Of a stretch of DNA of 58,397 nucleotides, positions 45,168 through 55,262 are shown in pieces (position 1 is the stretch's first letter; each line of letters opens with the position of its first letter). Made by a program: the position numbers and the translations under genes. The stretch lies in NCBI GenBank assembly GCA_965368975.1, contig CBDUPA010000030.1, positions 1 to 58,397 of the forward strand, in the 5' to 3' direction. The stretch comes from an uncultured bacterium. Lineage in GTDB: Bacteria; Acidobacteriota; Thermoanaerobaculia; Multivoradales; JAHZIX01. Under the pieces are notes generated by a model, which was given only the letters and a program-made list of their open reading frames with translations, was not told the origin of the DNA and did no database searches.

Positions 45168-47873
45168 ATGCACTTCTTCCTTTCCGTGCTCCTGGCCCTG
45201 ACGTGCTGCCTGCTACCACGCACCGCAATGGCACAGAGTACCAGCGCTCCCCAATCTCCCGCCTCCGAGAACCCCGGCACAGGAACGGCAGAGACACCTC
45301 CAGCGGCTGATGCACGGCCCGGCGACACGGTGGAAGACACGCGCTCGCTCGACGACATCGCGATCCCGGACAGCTTGCCGGAGCGCCACCGCACGTGGAT
45401 CGAGCATCACCGGGTGCTGCTGATTCCGCGCGAGCTGGACGTGTTCGTGGGACTCGACAAGGAGTACCAGCGCGATGCCTTCATCCGCCGCTTCTGGAAG
45501 GTGCGCGACCCGTTCCCGGCGACGGCCCGCAACGAGTTTCAGGATCGCTACGAGGCGAACCTGGAGCTGGCGCGCTCGCGCTATGACAACCTTGGTGACG
45601 CGCGGGCACAGGCGGTGCTGCTGCACGGCGAGCCGTCGAACGTGCTGGAGATCCGCTGCGCCGACTATTTGCACCCGCTGCAGCTCTGGTACTACGAGCG
45701 CACGATGCAGATCACCGGCTCCTTCTACCTGGTGTTCTACAAGCCAACGGGCGGCCCGCATGGGCCCTACGAGCTCTGGCAACCACGGGACGGCTTCTAC
45801 CAACTGCTGTCGACGACGATCGGCGCCATCCCCGAGGATGCGGTGATCTTGAGCACGATCAGCGACAGCTGCTTCCGCGGCGCGGACATCGTCGATGCGT
45901 TGGCACGCTCGATCGACTGGGAATACGTCAACACGCAGATCAACATCCCGCCCAAGCCGTCCGACGAGTGGCTGCGCACCTTCGTCGCCTTCTCGACCGA
46001 CCTGCCCACGGGCGCCGAGCTGTTCGAGGCGAACGTCGAGCTGAGCTATCCGGGGCGCTTCCAGAGTCGCAGCCTGCTGCAGGGCATCATCTCGGTGCCG
46101 CGCGCCCATGTGGCAACGTCCGACCTGACCAAGACACCGACGTACAACTTCGTGCTCGACGGCGAGATCCTGCGCGACGGGGAGTTGTTCGAGCACTTCC
46201 GCTATCGCTTCCACCTGCCGCAGACCGGCGACGGCGCACCGCCGGCCGAGGCGGGACGGGAGCTGCCGCTAATCTTCCAGCGCTACCTGCGGCCGGGGGA
46301 CTACTCGCTGGTGCTCAAGCTGCAGGACCTGGGGTCGAACCGCTACTACCGCCACACGCGAGATCTCGAGGTGCCACGGGTGGCGACGCGCACGGTGGCG
46401 GCACCAGAGCTGGTACCGGACGCGGCGCAGGCGGCGGCCAGCGGCGCGGACCCTGGAGGAGTGAACCACTCGGCGATCAATCAGAGCATCGGAGCACGCC
46501 TGCTCAGCGAGGCGAATCAGGATTTGACGACCGGTGACCAGAGCGTGCGCTTGCTGGTGCCCTTCGGGGGCCTGCTGGTCGGCCGCGTGCGGGTCGACGC
46601 GGTGGTCGACGGACCAGACGTCGACCGCGTGCGCTTCTTCCTCAACGACCGAGCGGTGTTCGCCAAGCGGCGGCCGCCGTTCAGCGTCGAGTTGAACCTG
46701 GGCGACAGCCCACGCATCCACACGCTGCGCGCGGTGGCGCTGGACGAGGCGGGCAAGGAACTGGCGGCAGACGAAGTGCTGGTCAACGCCGGGCCGCATC
46801 GCTTCGGCGTGCGCCTGATCGAGCCACGGCGCGGCGGCCGGTACAGCCGCAGTTTGCGGGCGCAGGCGCTGGTCGACGTGCCCGAGGGCGAAGAGCTGGA
46901 GCGCCTGGAGTTCTACCTCAACGAGACGTTGGTGGCAACGCTCTACCAGCCGCCCTTCGTGCAGCCGCTGCTGGTACCCGAGGAGCAGGCGATGACCTAT
47001 GTACGCGTCACTGCCTACTTGCGCGACGGCAACTCGGCCGAGGACGCGGTCTTCGTCAATGCCCCCGACTACGTGGACGAGGTCGACGTGCAGTTCGTCG
47101 AGTTGTACAGCAGCATCCTGGACCGCGGTGGCGAACCGATCGAGGACGTCGAGCAGCAGGAGCTGAAGGTGCTGGAGAACGGCGTGGAGCAGCAGATCCG
47201 GCGCTTCGCCAAGGTCGACGATGTGCCGATCCACGCCGGCCTGGTGATGGACGTTTCCCGCTCGATGGAGTACCGGCTCGAGGACGCCGTGCGCGGCGCG
47301 CTGCGCTTCTTCGAGGACGTGATCACGCCCAAGGATAGGGCGGCGGTGATCACCTTCAATGAGGAGCCACACCTGGCGGTGCGCTTCACCAACGATCTCG
47401 ACGTGCTGGCCGGCGGCGTCGCCGGCCTGACCGCCGAGGGTGAGACGGCGCTCTACGACAGCCTGGTCTACGCGCTCTACTACTTCAGTGGCATCAGTGG
47501 CAAGCGCGCGATCATCCTGCTGTCAGACGGCGAGGACGTGCGCAGTCGCTACACCTTCGAGGACGTGATCACCTACGCTCGCCATACCGGTGTCGCGGTG
47601 TACACCGTCGGCATCGACCTCAGCGGCAGCTCGCGCACGGCCAACATCCAACTCAGCCTGCGCCAGCTGGCCGACGAGACCGGCGGCCGCGCCTTCTTGA
47701 TCCAAGACTCGCGCGAGCTGATCGATGTCTACGAACGCATCCAGACCGAGCTGCGCTCGCAGTACCTGATCACCTACCAATCATCCCTGGACGACGAGGG
47801 CTTCCGCGAGGTCGAGGTGCAGGTGGACCGTCCACGCGCCGAGGTGCGCACGCTGCGCGGCTACTTCCCTTGA
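45168..47873 (+). CDS. Exported GWxTD-domain + Ig-like + VWA protein (acidobacterial type)
   Basis: RDAFIRRFWKVRDP...NEF...DARAQAVLLHGEP; MIDAS motifs DVSRSM, GETALYD, LLSDGED; LADETGG, ELRSQY, GYF end. Confidence 0.87.
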   Translation: MHFFLSVLLALTCCLLPRTAMAQSTSAPQSPASENPGTGTAETPPAADARPGDTVEDTRSLDDIAIPDSLPERHRTWIEHHRVLLIPRELDVFVGLDKEYQRDAFIRRFWKVRDPFPATARNEFQDRYEANLELARSRYDNLGDARAQAVLLHGEPSNVLEIRCADYLHPLQLWYYERTMQITGSFYLVFYKPTGGPHGPYELWQPRDGFYQLLSTTIGAIPEDAVILSTISDSCFRGADIVDALARSIDWEYVNTQINIPPKPSDEWLRTFVAFSTDLPTGAELFEANVELSYPGRFQSRSLLQGIISVPRAHVATSDLTKTPTYNFVLDGEILRDGELFEHFRYRFHLPQTGDGAPPAEAGRELPLIFQRYLRPGDYSLVLKLQDLGSNRYYRHTRDLEVPRVATRTVAAPELVPDAAQAAASGADPGGVNHSAINQSIGARLLSEANQDLTTGDQSVRLLVPFGGLLVGRVRVDAVVDGPDVDRVRFFLNDRAVFAKRRPPFSVELNLGDSPRIHTLRAVALDEAGKELAADEVLVNAGPHRFGVRLIEPRRGGRYSRSLRAQALVDVPEGEELERLEFYLNETLVATLYQPPFVQPLLVPEEQAMTYVRVTAYLRDGNSAEDAVFVNAPDYVDEVDVQFVELYSSILDRGGEPIEDVEQQELKVLENGVEQQIRRFAKVDDVPIHAGLVMDVSRSMEYRLEDAVRGALRFFEDVITPKDRAAVITFNEEPHLAVRFTNDLDVLAGGVAGLTAEGETALYDSLVYALYYFSGISGKRAIILLSDGEDVRSRYTFEDVITYARHTGVAVYTVGIDLSGSSRTANIQLSLRQLADETGGRAFLIQDSRELIDVYERIQTELRSQYLITYQSSLDDEGFREVEVQVDRPRAEVRTLRGYFP

Positions 47874-47945
47874 CGGGTACTTCCGTTGAAGAAGCGAGCC
47901 GTAATCCGGCCTTCCATCAGCCATCGTTTGGCCTAGACTACGGCT

Positions 47946-48551
47946 ATGTCAAAGACGCTGACCTTGATCCTGGCCTCCGGCTCACCGCGGCGGCGCGAAC
48001 TGCTGAACAAGCTCGGCGTGCACTTCGAGGTGCGGCCGGTGGACATCGACGAAACTCCACGGCCGGGCGAAGCGCCGGACGTCTATGTGGAGCGCTTGGC
48101 ACGCGAGAAAGCCGTCGAGCAAGCGGCGGAGGGCGAATTGGTGTTGGCCGCTGACACCACGGTCACGCTGGACGAACGCATCCTGGGCAAGCCGGAGGAT
48201 CCCGAGGACGCACGCACCATGCTGCGCGACTTGGCCGGCCGCGAGCACCAGGTGATGACCGGCGTCGCGCTGCACGCTCCCGGCGCCGAGGTGCCGACGG
48301 TGGCGGCGGTCGACGTTTCGACGGTGCGTTTCGCCCCCATGAGCGAGGCCGAGATCGCCTGGTACGTCGACACGGGCGAGCCGCTGGACAAGGCCGGAGC
48401 CTACGGCATCCAGGGACGCGGTGCGCTGTTCATCACTGGCCTCGACGGCAGCTTCAGCAACGTCGTCGGTCTACCGCTACGCTGCCTCTACGAGCTCTTG
48501 CGCCGCTGCGGCTGGGAGCAGCGACTGCGGACTGGAACTGCAGCATCTTGA
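47946..48551 (+). CDS. maf: Maf family nucleotide pyrophosphatase
   Basis: LILASGSPRRRELL, AADTTV, LGKP, DKAGAYGIQG, NVVGLP. Confidence 0.95.
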   Translation: MSKTLTLILASGSPRRRELLNKLGVHFEVRPVDIDETPRPGEAPDVYVERLAREKAVEQAAEGELVLAADTTVTLDERILGKPEDPEDARTMLRDLAGREHQVMTGVALHAPGAEVPTVAAVDVSTVRFAPMSEAEIAWYVDTGEPLDKAGAYGIQGRGALFITGLDGSFSNVVGLPLRCLYELLRRCGWEQRLRTGTAAS

Positions 48552-48573
48552 CCAGCTCCTCCTGCGAGTCAAC

Positions 48574-49011
48574 CTACTCGCCGAGCGCCGGTTCCCGTAG
48601 CCCCGCGTCGCGCAAGAAGCGCAGCCAGCGGCAATAGCCGGTCAGCATCTCGGTGAACGCCAATTCCTCTTCCCCGTCGAGCGGCGCACCGGAAAAAGTA
48701 TTCGCCAGCAGCCGCTGCACCAGTTCGCGGTTGGAGGTCGGCTGCAACAGCCGCCGCGACCGCGGCTCACGCGGGTCCGGCTCCTCGCCTTGGCGGCAGA
48801 TGTCGAGTATCGAGGCCAGGTGTCCGAGGGAGCAATCCATCGCTTCGAGCAGTTTGAACAACACGGGCACTGTCGGCATGGTGTGGCCGTGCTCGTACTT
48901 GCTCAGCATCGGCCCGGTGATGCCAGCACGGCGCGCAACCTCGTGCTGCAACAGGCCCCGGTGCATCCGCAGCCAGCGCAGGGCCTTGCTCATCTGATCA
49001 ACGCTGTACAT
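48574..49011 (-). CDS. XRE family HTH regulator
   Basis: ALRWLRMHRGLLQHEVARRAGITGPMLSKYEHGHTMP; start trimmed to ATG 49011. Confidence 0.85.
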   Translation of the reverse strand: MYSVDQMSKALRWLRMHRGLLQHEVARRAGITGPMLSKYEHGHTMPTVPVLFKLLEAMDCSLGHLASILDICRQGEEPDPREPRSRRLLQPTSNRELVQRLLANTFSGAPLDGEEELAFTEMLTGYCRWLRFLRDAGLREPALGE

Positions 49012-49319
49012 GTATGATTCTCTTCGAAAGTCAAGCCAGTCTAGTGCACTCGTGTCGAGACTTGCAAGGGAACGACTCGATCGTGTCTCTAAGAAAGATC
49101 GCCTTCCACGCACCACGATCTTCCGTCTCGAGTATCCAATGTCGTAACCACAGAACGCGTTAAGATTATCCTGGATCCCTGGCCCGAGCCGAGACGGACG
49201 TGGACCCATCTTGGATGGAGGGGCCGAGCCGTAAAAGCACCCGCCCCGCACGAGGATCTTGCTCATCCGCGGCGGCCCGTCCGCGGCGGCCCGTCTGCAA
49301 CCCAGCACCTGACCCGGCC

Positions 49320-51134
49320 ATGACCACCCCGCAACCCACGACGGCCCTGCTGCACTTGCTGCGACACCCCCGAATGCGGGTCGCCAGCCTGCTGCTGGGT
49401 TTGCTGGCGTTGGTGTTGCTGCTGGGCTACCTGGTCCAACACCGCCAGCGGACGTTGGAGGATCTGGCGACGTCCTGGCCACCGCTACTGCTACTCGGCC
49501 TGGCTGGTGTGAGTGCCGCCTTGTTGGCGTTGCACGCCCACCTGCTGCAGCGACCTGCCGGGCATGGAAGCTCCAGCGACCTGCAGCGCACCCTCGCAGC
49601 GCTGCTCAGTCGCGTCCGCGGCGCCCATGAGATCGGCGAGCTGGCGGCGCTGGTGACCAGCGGCATCCAACAAGCACTGCGACTACGGCACGCCAGTCTG
49701 CTGGTCTACGACCCGCACACCGGCAGGGTGATCGACCCCCAGCAACACCTGCAGCCACTCGCCGCCGCCAACAACCTGCTGCTCCTGCTGTCGGCGAGCA
49801 GCGAGCCTCTGCCGGTCAATCCTCGTATTCTCGAATGGCTGCGCCGCGCGTCGCCCGAAGACGCCGTGTGGTTGCTCGATCATGAGTTCGCCTTGCTGGT
49901 ACCCGTGCTGGGTGTCGACGGTTCGTCCCTTGGCCTGATCGCACTCGGCCCGCGGTCCGATGGCCAACCCTATGAGGCCCCGGACCACGAAGCCTTGAGC
50001 GCCCTGGGCGACACCGTCGCGCTGACGTTGGAGGTCTGGGGACGCCGGCCGCCCAGCGTTGGGGAACTACCGGCCAGCAACGTCCTGCCGGGCGCACCGC
50101 GGCTGCTGTCGGCCAAGGACAGCGGTATCCGCAACGGCTTGCCGGCGACACCAGGCAGCGCGCGCGAATGCCTGGAATGTGGTCGCCTGTTCTCGGCAGC
50201 GGTCGAGGTGTGCCAGGACTGCGAGTGCGAGCTGGACATCGCCCTCGTGCCCCTGGTGCTGCCCGACAAGTTCCGCTTCGAGCGCCGGCTGGGTACCGGT
50301 GGCATGGGTATCGTCTACCTGGCGCGCGACCTGTCGCTACACCGGGACGTGGCGGTCAAGACGCTGCGCCGCGTGTCCATGGAAGACGCCGTCCGCCTGC
50401 GCCGCGAAGCCCGCGCCGCCGCTGCTGTCCACCACCAGAATCTGGCCCTGATCCACGGCGTCGAGAGCTGGTCCGGAGCGCCGATGCTGATCCTCGAGTA
50501 CCTGCCCGGCGGAACCCTCGACGACCGGCTCAAGCAGTTCGGTCCGCTACTCCCGCACCAGGCCATCGAGCTCGTGCTGGCGATGGCCAGCGCCCTGGAG
50601 CGCCTGCACCGTGCCAGCGTGCTGCACCGCGACCTCAAACCCAGCAATATCGGCTTTGCCGTCGATGGCACCCCGAAGCTGATGGACTTCGGCATCGCTC
50701 GCCTACAGACGGACCTGCGTTCCGAGGCCACTACCGCCATCGGCTCGATCGAGGACGACGCCGCGACGCTGACGGGCATGCCTGACTCCAACCCCACGTC
50801 GTCGACACCTCGTCTGATCGGCACCCTGCACTACCTGTCCCCGGAAGCCACCAATGGCTCGCCACCGTCGCCGGCAATGGACTTGTGGAGCCTCAACGTG
50901 GTGCTCTACGAATGCCTGACCGGCAAGCGCCTGTTCAACGGCACCATCCTGCAGGTACTAGACGCCATCCGTAAGTCTCGCATTCCGGACGTGCGCGAGG
51001 TCAGCCCGTGGGTGCCGGAACCGCTGGCCGAGTATTTCCAAACGGCTCTCGGGGTCGAGGCGCAGCGGCGTCCAGCAAGCGCGCAGGCGTTGATGCGGCG
51101 ATTGGATGATGTGCGGCGGGAGTTGCACGAGTGA
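49320..51134 (+). CDS. Membrane Ser/Thr protein kinase with GAF-like region and Zn ribbon
   Basis: Two TM segments; CLEC...CQDC; LGTGGMGIVY, VAVK, HRDLKPSN, DFG, GTLHYLSPE, DLWS. Confidence 0.92.
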   Translation: MTTPQPTTALLHLLRHPRMRVASLLLGLLALVLLLGYLVQHRQRTLEDLATSWPPLLLLGLAGVSAALLALHAHLLQRPAGHGSSSDLQRTLAALLSRVRGAHEIGELAALVTSGIQQALRLRHASLLVYDPHTGRVIDPQQHLQPLAAANNLLLLLSASSEPLPVNPRILEWLRRASPEDAVWLLDHEFALLVPVLGVDGSSLGLIALGPRSDGQPYEAPDHEALSALGDTVALTLEVWGRRPPSVGELPASNVLPGAPRLLSAKDSGIRNGLPATPGSARECLECGRLFSAAVEVCQDCECELDIALVPLVLPDKFRFERRLGTGGMGIVYLARDLSLHRDVAVKTLRRVSMEDAVRLRREARAAAAVHHQNLALIHGVESWSGAPMLILEYLPGGTLDDRLKQFGPLLPHQAIELVLAMASALERLHRASVLHRDLKPSNIGFAVDGTPKLMDFGIARLQTDLRSEATTAIGSIEDDAATLTGMPDSNPTSSTPRLIGTLHYLSPEATNGSPPSPAMDLWSLNVVLYECLTGKRLFNGTILQVLDAIRKSRIPDVREVSPWVPEPLAEYFQTALGVEAQRRPASAQALMRRLDDVRRELHE

Positions 51135-51139
51135 GCTCC

Positions 51140-52375
51140 CTACCGTACCCACCATCGCGCCAGCCACCGACGTAAACTCCAGCGTCGCCGGCCGATCCCG
51201 CTGCGACGCGCGGTGCGCAACCCGAGTTCCGCCATCACCGCATCCGTATGCATACCGAGTTCGGGATAGTCCTCGGCGACGTGCGGTCGGGTCCCATCGA
51301 AGCGGGCCGGGAAGGCCAGACGTGGGCGGCCGCCGGGGTCGCTACGCAGCAGGTCGCGAGCGGCAAGTTGTGGATGAGCAGCGGCCTCGGCCGGGGTGAG
51401 CACCGGTTCCGCGGGAATGTCGTGTTCCTCGCACAGCTGACGCCAGTCGGCACGCGTGCGCGACGCAAGCAACGCTGCGACCTCGGCGCGGGTTTCCGGA
51501 TCGCGGCTCAAGTGACGGCGCTCCAGATCCTTGCGCCCGGCAGCGCGGCAGAAACGCTGCCAGAAGTGCGGTTCGAGCGCGGCCAGGGCGAACGGCTTGC
51601 CGTCGGCGGTCGTGTAGACGCCGTAGCAGGAAAGCGCACCGGTGAGCAGTCCAGGCTCGCCGAGCCCGGTGCCGTTGACCGGCTCGCGCTCCGTGCCGGC
51701 GGGCTCTGAGAGGCCGACCAGGTGTGCCGACGGCAGGGCCGCCCAGTGAACCAGGTTGGCGTGCACCGCGGCATCGAAAAGCGAGGTGTCGATCCAAGTG
51801 CCCTCGCCGGTCTCACGGCGGCGGTAGAGGGCGGCGAGGATCGAGCAGGCGGCGCTCCAGGCACCCGCGACGTCGGCCACGGGCAGCGACGGTGGCTGTT
51901 CAGGGTTGCTGGCCATGGCGCCGGAGAGGGCTTGGTAGGTGATGTCGTGCCCGGCACGCTGCGCATACGGGCCCTCCTGCCCGAAGCCGGAGAGCGAGCA
52001 GATCACCAGCCGTGGAAACTGACGCCGCAGCTCGGCGGGCTCGAAGCCGAGACGCGCCAGCGTGCCGGGACGGAAGGTCTCGAGCAGGACATCGGCGCGC
52101 GCCAGCAGGCGCCGAAGGGCTTCTTGCGCCGCCGGCTTCTTGAGGTTCAGCGCCACGCTCTCGACGCCGCCGAGCAGCAGCGCCGACAGGGTGCCGACTC
52201 CGTGGCGCCGCGGTGGCGCCAGGCGCGCCGGATCCCCCAGCTCCGGCTCCTCCACCTTGATCACGCGCGCGCCGAGATCGGCCAGCAGGCGGGCGGTCAA
52301 GGGCCCGGGATAGTTGCGACTGAGATCGACAACAACCAGGTCTCCGAGCGGGTAGCCGTCCGAGGTCAGGCTCAC
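51140..52375 (-). CDS. Family III CoA-transferase (CaiB/BaiF/AMACR-like)
   Basis: LLADLGARVIKVE, FRPG, SGFGQEGPY, GHDI, PVADVAG; probable GTG start 52375. Confidence 0.92.
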   Translation of the reverse strand: MSLTSDGYPLGDLVVVDLSRNYPGPLTARLLADLGARVIKVEEPELGDPARLAPPRRHGVGTLSALLLGGVESVALNLKKPAAQEALRRLLARADVLLETFRPGTLARLGFEPAELRRQFPRLVICSLSGFGQEGPYAQRAGHDITYQALSGAMASNPEQPPSLPVADVAGAWSAACSILAALYRRRETGEGTWIDTSLFDAAVHANLVHWAALPSAHLVGLSEPAGTEREPVNGTGLGEPGLLTGALSCYGVYTTADGKPFALAALEPHFWQRFCRAAGRKDLERRHLSRDPETRAEVAALLASRTRADWRQLCEEHDIPAEPVLTPAEAAAHPQLAARDLLRSDPGGRPRLAFPARFDGTRPHVAEDYPELGMHTDAVMAELGLRTARRSGIGRRRWSLRRWLARWWVR

Positions 52376-52385
52376 TCTGTCTCGC

Positions 52386-53849
52386 TCACTCGGCTTCGAA
52401 GAGCAGCGCACAGCCCGTGCCACCCGCGGCTGACAGGCTCACGAGACCCGTCCGGGGGCCAGTACGGGGGCCAGTACGAGGGCCAGTACCGTCACCACGA
52501 CGGCGCAGCTCGCTGAGTAGCTGCAGCACCAGGCGCGCGCCGGTAGCGCCGAAGGGGTGGCCGAAAGCGATCGAACCACCGGTGACGTTGAGGCGGTCGA
52601 GCGACACCACGCCTACCGACTCTTCGCGGCCGAGTTCGTGGCGCGCGAACTTGGGCGACGCCAGAGCTTTGAGGTTGGACAGCACCTGCGCTGCGTACGC
52701 CTCGTGCATCTCGACCAGGTCAACGTCATCGAGCCGCAGACCGGCGCGGTCGAGCGCCCGCGGCACGGCGTAGGCCGCCGACTGCAGCAGCTGGCGCGCC
52801 GGATCGACGGCGGCGAAAGCATAGGAGCGCAAGTAGCCCAGCGGTTCGTAACCGCCGGCCTCCGCCGCCCGTTCGCTCATCAACAACAGCGCGACGGCAC
52901 CGTCGGTCAATGGACTGGAGTTGCCCGCGGTCAGGCTGCCGAAGCGGTGATCGAAGACCGGCTCGAGGGCTGCCAGCGCCGTCGCCGAAGTGTCCGGACG
53001 CACGGCACTGTCACGTTTCAGCATGGCGGATCCGCTGGGCGGAAAGACGGGAATGATCTGCTCGGCGAGACGGCCATCCGCCATCGCGGCCGCGGCGCGG
53101 CGGTGCGACAGCAAAGCGATCTCGTCCTGGGCCTGACGGCAGACATCGTTCTGGCGCGCCATCTCCTCGCACGCTTCTCCGGCCGTTTGCCCGGTGGTCG
53201 ATTCGGTGATCGTCGGCGCCGTGGGCGTCAGGTCCTTGAAGCGCAGCTTGCGCAGCACCGCCAGGCGCGCGCTCATCCCCTTGGCCTTGCTCAGCTCCAT
53301 CAGGCGCTGCGCCGTGTTGCGCGAGTACAGCACCGGCAGGTTCGACAGGGACTCGGCACCGCCGGCCAGAACCACCTCCGCATCCCCGTTCAGGATGGCT
53401 CGCGCCCCGTCCACCAGTGCCTGCACTGACGACGCACACGCCTGGTTGACCGCATTGCCCGGAACGTGGCTCGGTAGTCCGGACCGCAGCACCACTTCGC
53501 GTCCCAGGTTCGGCGCATTGAGCGGCGGTGCGACAACACCGAAGACGCACAGATCGACGCGTGCCGGGTCGGCATCGACGCGTGCCAGGACTTCGATGGC
53601 GGTGCGGCTGGCCAGATCGATCGTGTCCAGGTCGGCCAGGCCCTCTCCCGCCTTGATGAAGGGCGTCCGGCACCCGGCCACGATCGCCACGCGCCCTCGC
53701 GGCCCCGCCAGCTCTACCCGAGATTCGCGCGCTCGCGGCTCCGCCGGCTCGGCGCGAATCCACACCGTGTCCGCCCGCTCGCGGATCTCCTCCGCCGCGG
53801 TAGCGTTGTTGGGAGGCGGCAGGGGTGACGTCGCGGCAACTTCGGCCAT
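52386..53849 (-). CDS. FadI-like thiolase with the C-terminal catalytic Cys replaced by Ser
   Basis: RTPF, NQACASS, GGAESLS, TAGNSSPLTDGA, HEAY, GHPFGATG, LVSLSAAGG. Confidence 0.88.
   Translation of the reverse strand: MAEVAATSPLPPPNNATAAEEIRERADTVWIRAEPAEPRARESRVELAGPRGRVAIVAGCRTPFIKAGEGLADLDTIDLASRTAIEVLARVDADPARVDLCVFGVVAPPLNAPNLGREVVLRSGLPSHVPGNAVNQACASSVQALVDGARAILNGDAEVVLAGGAESLSNLPVLYSRNTAQRLMELSKAKGMSARLAVLRKLRFKDLTPTAPTITESTTGQTAGEACEEMARQNDVCRQAQDEIALLSHRRAAAAMADGRLAEQIIPVFPPSGSAMLKRDSAVRPDTSATALAALEPVFDHRFGSLTAGNSSPLTDGAVALLLMSERAAEAGGYEPLGYLRSYAFAAVDPARQLLQSAAYAVPRALDRAGLRLDDVDLVEMHEAYAAQVLSNLKALASPKFARHELGREESVGVVSLDRLNVTGGSIAFGHPFGATGARLVLQLLSELRRRGDGTGPRTGPRTGPRTGLVSLSAAGGTGCALLFEAE
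52453..52489 (-). repeat. In-frame 12-bp tandem repeat x3 (TGPR)
   Basis: Plus strand cgggggccagta-cgggggccagta-cgagggccagta; encodes GTGPRTGPRTGPRTG. Confidence 0.9.
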
Positions 53850-53859
53850 GGCGCTGAGG

Positions 53860-54792
53860 TTATACCACGCGAATTCCGAAGCTCTCCCAGGCGGCGCTCT
53901 CTTCGTCCGGAAGGGCTTCCGGATGGGCTTCGTCCGGCAGGGGAACCGGCAGTCGCTCGTCCCCCGTCACCACGATGGCACGCAACCGGTCGAGCGGCGG
54001 TGCCAGGCGCTTCGACGTGGAGTCCATACGAAGGAGCCGCCGCCACCACCGTCGATGCTCCCGCGCCAGCTCCCGCCCGGCCTCGACCAACGCGTCCGCC
54101 GAACCGTGCAGCAGCGTCGGTCGCACCCAGCCGATGACGTCCAACCAAGCGTCTGGAGAGGCGTCCAGCGCCACTGCCGCGCCGCGGCTCAGCGCCCAGC
54201 TCAGCACCAACCGCTCCCCAGCTTCCGTCAGCGAGCGGCAGCAGACCACCACATCTCGGTGCGCCGGTAGGAAGCGGTGCACTGGAACAACCGGCAAGCG
54301 AGCCTCCAGCGCCTCGACTCGGCGCAGCAGCTCGACCGCGTCGAGTTGTTCGCCGTCCAGCCTGACTCCCCCGTCCACTACCTCGGGCCAGTCGGGGTCC
54401 TCGCCGCGCGAGCGGGCCCACGACGGTACTTCCGGCGCAGGAGGCACCTGCTCGACGATCCGCATCTGCCGCGAACGCCAGGCATCCAGCTCCTCTTCTG
54501 GCAACCGGAACTCCGGCACCCAGACCGGCACTGCCAGGGCGCCGACCGCCTGCACGGCCAAGTCGAATGCCAGGTACTCCGGTAGCGGGCGGTAGGGAAA
54601 GACGACGGTCTCGAGTGGCTCGGCACCCGCGCAGACCAACGCCTCCATCCCCGTCACGACCTGGCGCGCGAGCTGACGCCAGCTCCACCAAGCCCAGTCG
54701 AGCACCCCGCGTCGTTCCTCCTGGAAGAACAAACACGGCTCTTCCGGCACCGCACGGGCCTGCTGCAACACTGCACGAGCGGGAGTCTTCAC
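53860..54792 (-). CDS. Degenerate, truncated long-chain acyl-CoA synthetase-like (AMP-binding) protein
   Basis: WSWRQLARQV, PEYLAFDLAVQAVGALAVPV and VRPTLLHG resemble the ACSL N-terminal half; no TSGTTG loop; stops just before the expected GYGxTE motif. Confidence 0.65.
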   Translation of the reverse strand: MKTPARAVLQQARAVPEEPCLFFQEERRGVLDWAWWSWRQLARQVVTGMEALVCAGAEPLETVVFPYRPLPEYLAFDLAVQAVGALAVPVWVPEFRLPEEELDAWRSRQMRIVEQVPPAPEVPSWARSRGEDPDWPEVVDGGVRLDGEQLDAVELLRRVEALEARLPVVPVHRFLPAHRDVVVCCRSLTEAGERLVLSWALSRGAAVALDASPDAWLDVIGWVRPTLLHGSADALVEAGRELAREHRRWWRRLLRMDSTSKRLAPPLDRLRAIVVTGDERLPVPLPDEAHPEALPDEESAAWESFGIRVV

Positions 54793-54847
54793 CAGCGTAT
54801 CTCCATGCAGGTCGCCATTGAGGAGCGTTTCCCCAGTCAGGAGCCTG

Positions 54848-55126
54848 CTACAGAGAAGCCTTGTGCAGCGCCGCCGACATCTTCTCTTCGATCTTGTGAC
54901 GCATCATGGTCGCGGGCGGCTTGAGCGCCGCCTCACCGATGATCCGGTTGTCCTCGTAGCGGACCGAGCCGCTGGCCCCGGGTCCGCTCAGCTCGAGCAA
55001 GTCCCCGTTCCACTTGCGCTTCAGCATGCCACCCGGAAACTCCGCCTTGAGTGCGGCGTCGAGTTCGGTGCGCACTTCGTCCATGGAGCTCTTGGCGGTG
55101 TCGACGATGATCCTCAGGTCACTCAT
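54848..55126 (-). CDS. Putative polyhydroxyalkanoate-system small protein
   Basis: 92 aa; KWNGDLLELSGPGASGSV...MMRHKIEEKM resembles the PHA granule-region family. Confidence 0.6.
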   Translation of the reverse strand: MSDLRIIVDTAKSSMDEVRTELDAALKAEFPGGMLKRKWNGDLLELSGPGASGSVRYEDNRIIGEAALKPPATMMRHKIEEKMSAALHKASL

Positions 55127-55205
55127 GGCGCGAAAAGTACCACAGTCATGGCAGCCTGAGAGCATTGGGGCCAACGCTGGCAGTGGGTACTAGCGGAGTA
55201 CACAC

Positions 55206-55237
55206 AGAAAAGGCCCCGGGATTGCGTCCCGGGGCCT
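55206..55237 (-). terminator. Intrinsic terminator after the protease gene
   Basis: Perfect 11-bp stem aggccccggga/tcccggggcct followed by TTTCT on the minus strand. Confidence 0.85.
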
Positions 55238-55262
55238 CGGTCCGCTCAACAGCGAATGTGCA

